NCBI GenBank assembly: GCA_047651235.1
Contig: CP178758.1
Coordinates: forward strand, 1,470,001-1,502,000
Source: Candidatus Electrothrix yaqonensis
Lineage (GTDB): Bacteria; Desulfobacterota; Desulfobulbia; Desulfobulbales; Desulfobulbaceae
Length of the DNA: 32,000 nt
Reading direction: 5' to 3'
Shown: piece by piece, positions 25,024 through 32,000 of the stretch
Layout of the letters: each line of letters opens with the position of its first letter
How positions within the stretch are numbered: position 1 is the first letter of the stretch
The notes under the pieces: generated by a model
What the model saw: the letters and a program-made list of their open reading frames with translations, nothing else
What the model was told of the DNA's origin: nothing
The model's database searches: none
Made by a program: the position numbers and the translations under genes

Positions 25024-26358
25024 ATGACCACCTTTCGGTGCCCGGTATGCGGGCATTTGCACTCGGGAAGCATTGACTTTCATTTCTGTCCGGTCTGCAG
25101 CGCCCCGGCTGCCGTGTTCATCCACGACCTTCCGGTAGATCATGCCGGATACGGTCATTGGAAGACCGGTACCAGAAAAATGATCAGGGCAATGGCCGAG
25201 ACTGGGGAGTCATACGTGCTGGGCAAAGGCACTGCACAGGCTTTTCTCAATATGGACGGCCTGATTTTTCTGCCTGCCATGCTCGCCCGCCTGCCTCTAA
25301 CCGAAGAGGCAGAAGTGGACACGGAGGTCATTCTCGGCAAAAAAGCAGAACAACCGGTCCATCTGCAGACCCCGGTTCTGCATGCGGCCATGTCCTATGG
25401 CGCGTTAAGCAAGGAAGCAAAGATGGCACTTGCTTTGGCATCGTCACGGGCCGGAACCATTGCCAATTCCGGCGAGGGAGGTATGCTGAAGGAGGAACGC
25501 GAGCTTGCCGATTATCTCACGCTGCAGTATGGTCCGGGGCGGTTCGGTGTCAGGGATGAACAGCTGAGGCTGGCGGATATGGTGGAAATCAAGATTGCCC
25601 AGGGCGCTGCACCCGGCATAGGCTCTGCTCTGCCTGCCGCAAAAGTCAGCTTGGAAATCGCAACAGTCCGACGGATTCCCATGGGAATAACTTCCAGAAG
25701 CCCGGCAATTCATCCGGATATACGAAGCGCGCTGGACCTTTCCGAGAAAATCATTGAACTGCGTGAGCTGACTGAAGGAAAACCCATTGCCGTGAAACTG
25801 GTCGGCGGTCATCTGGAAGACGATCTGCAGGCAATCTTTAGCCAGAAATATATTCCCGATGTGCTGGTTATCGACGGCGGTGAAGGCGGTACAGCCGGTT
25901 CCCCGGTCCTCTTCAAAGATCATGTCGGCCTGCCGCTGATCTATTCGCTGCCGAAAACCGCTGATTTTCTCCGCCGTGAAGGACTGACTGACCGGGTTAC
26001 TCTGATCGCGGCCGGAGGCATGCGGCATGCCGGAGACATAGCCAAGGCTATCGCCCTCGGAGCAGAAGGGGTATACATGGGAACAGCACTGAAGATCGCG
26101 CTGGGATGCGCCTATCTCCGCCAGTGTCACCTCGGCAACTGTCCGCATGGTATTGCAACGCAGGACAAACGGCTGCGCAAACGGCTTGATGTTGAACAGG
26201 GAGCGGCAAAAATTTCCAGCTTTATCATTGCAGTGACAGAAGAGGTCAAAGCACTCACCCGTGCCTGCGGCAAGGAAGCAGTTCATACGCTTGACCGCAC
26301 GGACCTGGCCGCGCTGCAGCCTGAGCTGGCCAGAATTACCGGAGTGGATATGGCCTGA
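25024..26358 (+). CDS. Glutamate-synthase-related FMN/Fe-S oxidoreductase with an N-terminal rubredoxin-like zinc ribbon
   Basis: The ATG at 25024 follows GAGGAGGAG. The N-terminus has CPVCGH...CPVCS. The GltB FMN-domain body includes VIDGGEGGTAGSP and the 3Fe-4S-type motif CAYLRQCHLGNCPHGIATQD (C-x5-C-x4-C-P). Confidence 0.8.
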   Translation: MTTFRCPVCGHLHSGSIDFHFCPVCSAPAAVFIHDLPVDHAGYGHWKTGTRKMIRAMAETGESYVLGKGTAQAFLNMDGLIFLPAMLARLPLTEEAEVDTEVILGKKAEQPVHLQTPVLHAAMSYGALSKEAKMALALASSRAGTIANSGEGGMLKEERELADYLTLQYGPGRFGVRDEQLRLADMVEIKIAQGAAPGIGSALPAAKVSLEIATVRRIPMGITSRSPAIHPDIRSALDLSEKIIELRELTEGKPIAVKLVGGHLEDDLQAIFSQKYIPDVLVIDGGEGGTAGSPVLFKDHVGLPLIYSLPKTADFLRREGLTDRVTLIAAGGMRHAGDIAKAIALGAEGVYMGTALKIALGCAYLRQCHLGNCPHGIATQDKRLRKRLDVEQGAAKISSFIIAVTEEVKALTRACGKEAVHTLDRTDLAALQPELARITGVDMA

Positions 26359-26440
26359 CCGGAGCCGGACCACTGCGTATCAAAATCAGACAGCACAGAA
26401 TCTTCCGTGCAGACGAAACAGGAACAACAAGGGAGTGATC

Positions 26441-27811
26441 ATGTATCCTCAATTCTCAACCATCATAGCGACATTACTGGTTGTTATCGGCGGAGTCACT
26501 GTTCTTATCATGCTGGAGATGACCGGCAAGGTGGAGGACGCTCCGAGAAGAAAAGGCTGGATTCTGCTGCACCGCATCCTCGGTTACCTGTTTCTCGTTC
26601 TTTTTGCCACCATGCTGGTGATCATGGTTGTGAAAGCAGGGAGCTTCCAGAACGAGCTGCCGGCCAGAGCCATGCTCCATATCGTTCTGGCGCTGCTCCT
26701 GATTCCTCTGATTATGATCAAGGTCGTCATTGCCCGGCGTCATGCCCAGCTCAGCACCAAGCTGATCATGTTAGGGATTGCCATATTCGGTCTTTCCTTC
26801 GGCCTGACCGGCATTACAGCAGGCTATTATGCGCTTCACCGCTCAAGTGCGCGCTATGCGGTTCTGTCCGAAGTGGATGAGGATATCCTGAATGTTGAAC
26901 TGGGACAGAAAATTACCAACAGAAAATGCAGTAAATGCCACAGCCTTGAACGGGTATACCAGAACTACAAAAGTGATATTGCCTGGACTGAAACCATTCA
27001 TAAAATGGCGGAACTGGACTATCCGAACATTACCAGTTCTGACGTGAAGCAGATCGTCGGCTATCTGGTGCGGCAGCAGGAAAAACGACAGGGAGAAGAA
27101 AAAGAAAAGCTGCGCCTGAAGATCGGCCGTACTCTGGTCCAGCAGAAATGCAGTATGTGCCACGAACTGGACCGGGTTTTTGTGGCTGACAAAACGCAGG
27201 GGGAATGGACAGAGACAATCGGCAGAATGACCAGAACCAGCGGTGATCCGGAATTTCTTTCCGAGCATGAGGCCGAAGATATTATTTTTTTTCTCAGCAG
27301 ACTGAGGGGGGACAGGGGAAATCAGCCGGGAAATAAGCCGATTGTTGCCTTGCCCCCGGATGATCCTTTGGAAAAAATAAAGCCTCTTGTTGCACGCAAA
27401 TGCAGTGCCGGTTGTCACGCGCTGGACAGAGTGCTTCGGCCGGTGGGCGAAAAAACAGAGGAGGAATGGACGGAAACAATCAACAGCATGATCGAGATAA
27501 CAGGCAATCCCGACTATCTCTCGGAACAGGAGAGAGAAGATCTTATCCATTATCTCAGCACTCTCAAACCGGACGACAGCAGGCTGCAGGCCTGGAGCCA
27601 CCCGGATTCGACCCATATTCATCCGCTTGTTGAGAACAAATGCCATGTCTGTCATGATCTGCAGAGACTGCAGATGCAGGAGCGGAACAAGGAAGAATGG
27701 AAAAATATTGTCGATACGATGGTGGAAAGCACCGGCGATCCCAATTATCTTTCCGAGCAGGAAAAAGAGAAAATCATCAACATTATCAGCAGCTGGAGTA
27801 CAAAAAAATAA
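26441..27811 (+). CDS. Membrane protein: 4-TM His-containing N-terminal domain plus four tandem mono-haem c-type cytochrome modules
   Basis: The ATG at 26441 follows AAGGGAG. Four hydrophobic helices come first, then four ~75-85-aa repeats. Each repeat has a haem-c motif followed by a conserved EW(T/K)ET(I)..M...TG(D/N)P(D/E/N)(Y/F)LSE.E...II..L pattern. The haem motifs are CSKCH at 26927, CSMCH at 27149, CSAGCH at 27401 and CHVCH at 27641. Confidence 0.75.
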   Translation: MYPQFSTIIATLLVVIGGVTVLIMLEMTGKVEDAPRRKGWILLHRILGYLFLVLFATMLVIMVVKAGSFQNELPARAMLHIVLALLLIPLIMIKVVIARRHAQLSTKLIMLGIAIFGLSFGLTGITAGYYALHRSSARYAVLSEVDEDILNVELGQKITNRKCSKCHSLERVYQNYKSDIAWTETIHKMAELDYPNITSSDVKQIVGYLVRQQEKRQGEEKEKLRLKIGRTLVQQKCSMCHELDRVFVADKTQGEWTETIGRMTRTSGDPEFLSEHEAEDIIFFLSRLRGDRGNQPGNKPIVALPPDDPLEKIKPLVARKCSAGCHALDRVLRPVGEKTEEEWTETINSMIEITGNPDYLSEQEREDLIHYLSTLKPDDSRLQAWSHPDSTHIHPLVENKCHVCHDLQRLQMQERNKEEWKNIVDTMVESTGDPNYLSEQEKEKIINIISSWSTKK

Positions 27812-27838
27812 GTTTTTTCGCCCTTTTGTCGATCTTGG

Positions 27839-29035
27839 TTATGCAAACAGGCTGGAAAAAATTCGGTATCCGCCGACCCAGGTTCCAATGGAGGAACCCA
27901 GACCTGTCATGATAAAAACCAGAAAAATCCGCAGCAGCCTGTTCTGCCACCAGCCGCGCAGAGAAAGAATATCACCGGACACGGTCTCAAATTCCCGCAC
28001 CACGGGTGGACAGGTCATGACCTGGACAAAGGCGCAAACATATCCGGCCCCGATCACCGGGGTCAGGCTGGTTATCGGAGCAGCGGCAAAGGCGGAAAAA
28101 ATCGTGGCCGGATGGGCAAAGGCAAGCACGGCTCCGATGGCCGAGGGGATGCCGTTGGCCAGAATCCAGTACAGAGCATTGGCCCCGGCTTCCCCGGCCC
28201 CCTGACGAAGGCCGATTATTCCGAGAGACAGCAGGATGGCTATGGGGATTGACCAGCCGAAAAATTTCCAGCCTTTTGAAATCGGCGGGATCGTGCTGAT
28301 TTCTGCCATTCTGCTGCTGTTGTTGTTCGGGAGCACCTGCCGGATTCCCTCCATATGCCCGGCCCCGACCACGGCGACAATGCGTTGTCCACTTGCCTGT
28401 TTGATTTTCTCGGCCATAAAAATATCCCGCTCATCAATCAGGGCCTGTTTGGCGGCCGGCAGGGCTGTACCGATTTCCTTCATCAGCTCCGAGAGCACAT
28501 CCTGCTGCCGCAGTTCCGCCAGTTTCTCCTCATCAAGCTCGGTATCATCAAACAGAGAGGCCAGCAGGCTGGCCAACATGTAGCCTTTTTTGTACCAGGA
28601 TGTTGACTTCCAGGCCCGACGCAGGGTGATCCGCACATCCCGGTCGCAGAGTTCCACCGGAATGCCGTATTCTTCCGCTGTCTTGGCCGCAGTCAGCAGT
28701 TCGGTTCCCGGCTGAATTCCCAGTTTCCCGCCCAGTTTTTTCTGATACGAAGCAAGAACAAGGCTGACCAGCAGGGTGGATAGCTGTTTTTTCCGGATAA
28801 CCTGCTTCAGATCCAGATTCTCCCATTGCTGAGGATTCGCCAGTGCCGTATATCGTTTTTCATCCAGTTCGATACACACGGTGTCCGGCTGTTCCTGCTC
28901 AATGACTGCTCTGACCAGATCAGCAGACTCCTGTGAAATATGGGCGGTCCCGACCAGCAGAATGGTTTTGTTCTGCTGCTGAAGAACAGCGACATCATCG
29001 GGATACTCCCGGGACGGAAAATCTGTTTCGCTCAT
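27839..29035 (-). CDS. TraB/GumN family protein
   Basis: 398-aa ORF with ILLVGTAHISQESADLVRAVIEQEQPDTVCIELDEKR at the N-terminus, GAGHMEGI, and a C-terminal multi-TM region. Confidence 0.8.
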   Translation of the reverse strand: MSETDFPSREYPDDVAVLQQQNKTILLVGTAHISQESADLVRAVIEQEQPDTVCIELDEKRYTALANPQQWENLDLKQVIRKKQLSTLLVSLVLASYQKKLGGKLGIQPGTELLTAAKTAEEYGIPVELCDRDVRITLRRAWKSTSWYKKGYMLASLLASLFDDTELDEEKLAELRQQDVLSELMKEIGTALPAAKQALIDERDIFMAEKIKQASGQRIVAVVGAGHMEGIRQVLPNNNSSRMAEISTIPPISKGWKFFGWSIPIAILLSLGIIGLRQGAGEAGANALYWILANGIPSAIGAVLAFAHPATIFSAFAAAPITSLTPVIGAGYVCAFVQVMTCPPVVREFETVSGDILSLRGWWQNRLLRIFLVFIMTGLGSSIGTWVGGYRIFSSLFA

Positions 29036-29079
29036 GTAAGTATTTTTTAAAAAAAAGGGGGAGGTAACGAGATAAAGGT

Positions 29080-30816
29080 TCAGCCGGCGGCAGTGGAAGG
29101 CTGTGCAAGGTGCTCCTGAACACTGCGGAAGTATTCCTGTGCCCTTGCCAGCTGTCCGGCGGAGAGGTTCTGTTCAACTGCTTTTCTGCCTGTTTCTGCT
29201 TTATGTTTTTCCTGTTCGCTCAGGTCATTATCAGCAGCCGCAGCGACGGAATACCAGGCATGCGCCAGAGCCGGATCAGGTCTGCAGCCTTTTCCCTGCC
29301 GACAGCAATCTGCTGTCTGCAACTGAGCCGGGCCCCAATTCAGCTGGGCCGCATAGGCCAGCCATTCAAAAGCCAATTTCTGGTCAGAAGGAATACCTTT
29401 TTCTCCCTGCTGATACAGTTCAGCCAGATGATAGGCTGCAGGGCCGTGCCCGGCATTGGCAGCTTCTGTCAGCCGGTGCACAGCTTCCGGCAGGTTCTGC
29501 TTCACTTCCCAGAGTGGATCACCTGTACGATACGTACAGGCAATCTCCGTCTGCGCCCGAAGATCACCGGCTGCTCCTCTCTGCAGCAGATTTTTCCAGG
29601 CAGAAGGCCGGAATTCCGCCCCAGCAAACATCTTCTGCAGCGCAGCCCGGTAGCAGTGCAGCTCGTCCGCTGTCACAGGCAGAACACCTGCAAACACGGC
29701 ATCCTGGGCCAGAAAGGCATCCGTATCGCCGCTGACATGGGACAGGGCAACCGGCTGTTGTCCTGCTGAGGCCTGTTCAATCAGGCGGACCGGATTCAGT
29801 TCTGTCGGACGCCGAACAAGCGCCGCAGGAAAAATGAGCTGCTGCACGCCATGCCTGTCTTTGAGCACCACTTTGGAAACGCCCCACTGCCCGGTCTCTG
29901 TCGGCCAGACATAGATACCGCCGGTGAAAATCTGCTGTTCTTCCCTGACCGATTCTCCTGAGTGTACAGAATTTCTGCCTGCTTCTACAAGCCGATTTAA
30001 CCAGTAAAGAGATTTTCTGCTGTCCCTGGGCAAATCAACGCCGACAAGATAGCGGTCGGCAAGAGCAGCCATAGCATGATGATCGTTGCGCCAGGCCGCA
30101 TAATGCCCGGCTCTTTTCAGCCATTCAGGAGCATATTCATCCAGACAGTCGAAAATCGAATCAACATAGAGCTGATACCCCCGGATATCAGCTTCCGACA
30201 GGGGTTCCTGACGGAGGAGGACGCTGTGAGCGACAAAACAGGCGCGCGGTATCGGCAGATGCTCTGTGCCGAAGGCACCGTCCTCTGCGTTCACGGCAAC
30301 AGAGAGTGCTTCTTTAGGCATATCGGCTATATCGGATGAAAGCTGCTCAAGGCGGGCGGCATATCGGATAACATGGACAACCTGCTCGTCCTGCTCATCC
30401 ACATACATCACCTTGACAAGCTGATACAATGCTTCTTTCTGCTCTTTGAGAGCGTAAACTCCCCCGGCAATCGGCTCCTTATTGTTATGAAGCTGCTGCC
30501 CCTGACCGTTTTTTTCATGGCCCTGCTTTTGAAGAAAAACAGCAGTACCGGCAGGATCAGCAGAATTTTCCTTCTCAACAGCATCCAGCTTCGGCCCTTT
30601 TTCTGCTGTATCGGCGCAGAGAAAACCTGCTTCGATCTGGAGTGATGTTCTGTTCTTTTTGATCTTTTTACTCATTCCATCTGCGGCAGCAGGGGCAGCC
30701 CTGTTCTGTTCCGGCTGCCGAGCATAAAATATCTTCCTGAACTTTCCGGCGATCTTAAAAAGATTGAGTTTAAAGAAAGACATAAAAATATCCCTGCTGG
30801 GGAAATTGGCTGACAA
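29080..30816 (-). CDS. Sel1-repeat (TPR-like) protein
   Basis: 578-aa ORF with several Sel1-type repeats (AMAALADRYLVGVDLPRDSRKSLYWLNRLVEAG; AAYHLAELYQQGEKGIPSDQKLAFEWLAYAAQ; ALAHAWYSVAAA). The start codon is uncertain. It lies upstream of and co-directional with the TraB gene. Confidence 0.7.
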   Translation of the reverse strand: MSANFPSRDIFMSFFKLNLFKIAGKFRKIFYARQPEQNRAAPAAADGMSKKIKKNRTSLQIEAGFLCADTAEKGPKLDAVEKENSADPAGTAVFLQKQGHEKNGQGQQLHNNKEPIAGGVYALKEQKEALYQLVKVMYVDEQDEQVVHVIRYAARLEQLSSDIADMPKEALSVAVNAEDGAFGTEHLPIPRACFVAHSVLLRQEPLSEADIRGYQLYVDSIFDCLDEYAPEWLKRAGHYAAWRNDHHAMAALADRYLVGVDLPRDSRKSLYWLNRLVEAGRNSVHSGESVREEQQIFTGGIYVWPTETGQWGVSKVVLKDRHGVQQLIFPAALVRRPTELNPVRLIEQASAGQQPVALSHVSGDTDAFLAQDAVFAGVLPVTADELHCYRAALQKMFAGAEFRPSAWKNLLQRGAAGDLRAQTEIACTYRTGDPLWEVKQNLPEAVHRLTEAANAGHGPAAYHLAELYQQGEKGIPSDQKLAFEWLAYAAQLNWGPAQLQTADCCRQGKGCRPDPALAHAWYSVAAAADNDLSEQEKHKAETGRKAVEQNLSAGQLARAQEYFRSVQEHLAQPSTAAG

Positions 30817-31150
30817 GCATCTGACAGTATCTGAAAATATCGCAACGGTTCCGGCTGACGGGTCAGAACCGAATTAATGTAGGAGAAAAAACATCCTCTG
30901 TCAATCACTTCAGGTTTGCTGATACAGCAAACAAGGATATTTTATGCCCGAAAAAAAAGGCGTGGCAGATAAGAACAGAATAAAAAGATCCGACCTTGCA
31001 GCCGTGCCCTGTTGAGATTTCAGTCAATTACTGAGTAGACTTGATCGGCGCTTCGTTATAATATAGATTGTCCTGCGCAATCTCGGCGGCCAGCTCGTCA
31101 TACCCCAGCACGGCTCGCGGAACATAGCGGACACTGGCTGCAGCGCGGCG

Positions 31151-31327
31151 CACTGGCTAAGGCATAAGGCAGAAAAGGACGGTCTTGCCAAAGGAATCCA
31201 ACAGGGACTGCCCCAGGGAAAAATAGACGCAGCCCGGAACATGCTGGCAGACAATCTTCCTATAGAAACAATCTGCAAGTACACCGGACTCGACAACGAG
31301 GCGATTAAGCAACTACGGAACGCATAA
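31151..31327 (+). pseudogene. C-terminal stub of an Rpn/YhgA-like PD-(D/E)XK recombination-promoting nuclease
   Basis: The frame is open with no start codon: ...HKAEKDGLAKGIQQGLPQGKIDAARNMLADNLPIETICKYTGLDNEAIKQLRNA*. This matches the repetitive (G.QQG) C-terminal tail and the TGL..E.I..L ending of that family as I recall it. Confidence 0.45.
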
Positions 31328-31498
31328 CCCTTCCTCTCTCCTCGGAAATACGTTCAAAGCAGAGAAAAATAAGAGATGAATATGAATCAAGTTGCAAAAA
31401 ATGCATTTCTCGTGCATTAATTCGGTTAAGATTAGACCTGAAAAGTTATCTTTCCCGTCCACCTCCATCTCAGCCGGACCGAAAAACGAGAACGTTTT

Positions 31499-32000
31499 AT
31501 GCTTATCGAATTCAGTGTCAAAAATTATCGTTCCTTCTGGGAGTCTGGGAGTCCCAAACCTTGAGCATGGCTGCCGGGGCAACAAAGGATTTCAGGAAGA
31601 AAATACCTTTATTCCGCCTGCAGAAGGACTGCCGAAGCTGCTTAGGTCGTCTGTTATTTATGGGGCCAATGGAGCCGGCAAGAGCAATCTTATTAAGGCG
31701 CTCGATTTCATGCAGGAGTTTGTCTCGCGTTCCTCCAAGGAAAGTCAGGAAGGTGAACATATCACAAGCAAACCTTTTCTTCTGCATCCGGACGGAAGAG
31801 ATACTGCAAGTGAATTTGAGGTGTTTTTTCTTCAGGATGACATTCGTTATCAATACGGTTTTGCTGTTACGAAAAAACGGGTGACCCATGAATGGCTCTT
31901 TGCCTATCCCGTCGGCAAACCTCAACGATGGTTCGAGCGGGCATATAATCCGGAAACAGAACAGGAAGAGTGGTATTTCGGCCCCAAGTTTTCCGGCCAG
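31499..32000 (+). pseudogene. AAA-family ATPase (abortive-infection/defence-type AAA_21-like), frameshifted, 3'-partial
   Basis: The N-terminus MLIEFSVKNYRSFWE lies in one frame and stops at 31562. SQTLSMAAGATKDF lies in a second frame. QEENTFIPPAEGLPKLLRSSVIYGANGAGKSNLIKALDFMQEFV... (Walker A) lies in a third frame, which stays open to the window end. Confidence 0.65.
31538..31553 (+). repeat. 8-bp tandem duplication (tgggagtc x2) causing the first frameshift in the AAA ATPase gene
   Basis: Read directly from the sequence. Deleting one copy joins ...NYRSFWE to SQTLSMAAGATKDF in frame. Confidence 0.85.

Overview
The window looks chromosomal, from a moderately GC-rich bacterium. Its gene content suggests an anaerobic Desulfobacterota-like organism, but that is inference only.

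**Gene order, left to right**
- 13-6585, minus strand: a partial type VI secretion module with an OmpA-like protein, ClpV/TssH and a DUF2169-pentapeptide-repeat fusion. The module continues past the left edge.
- 6685-8600: housekeeping and small genes, namely pyrF, a Cys-rich lipoprotein and a C_GCAxxG_C_C protein.
- About 8.7-15.9 kb: a rearranged accessory island, the most unusual region (detailed below).
- After the island: lolC/E-lolD, then an AT-rich patch with a decayed IS701-family element.
- Next come an orphan YcaO-TPR gene and tRNA-Phe.
- 22.8-27.8 kb: a plus-strand redox cluster. It has a 2Fe-2S/ASKHA RACo-like protein, a rubredoxin-fused glutamate-synthase-like FMN protein, and a membrane protein with four tandem c-type haem modules.
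- Right end: TraB/GumN, a Sel1-repeat protein, an Rpn-nuclease stub, and a frameshifted AAA ATPase running off the right edge.

**The accessory island**
- It is bracketed by an 86-bp direct repeat.
- It carries a CdiA-CT-like toxin with a putative immunity gene, and three intact type II toxin-antitoxin (TA) pairs (two VapBC, one RHH/RelE).
- It also holds a truncated vapC, a nucleotidyltransferase fragment, and an AI-2E transporter.
- A type I restriction hsdR stub is cut off right at the repeat boundary.
- Four copies of an island-specific ~29-nt imperfect palindrome sit at the cassette boundaries.

I saw no CRISPR array, rRNA or intact transposase/integrase. All family assignments come from reading the translations by eye and from memory of the families. 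No searches were run, and the GC statements are visual impressions.
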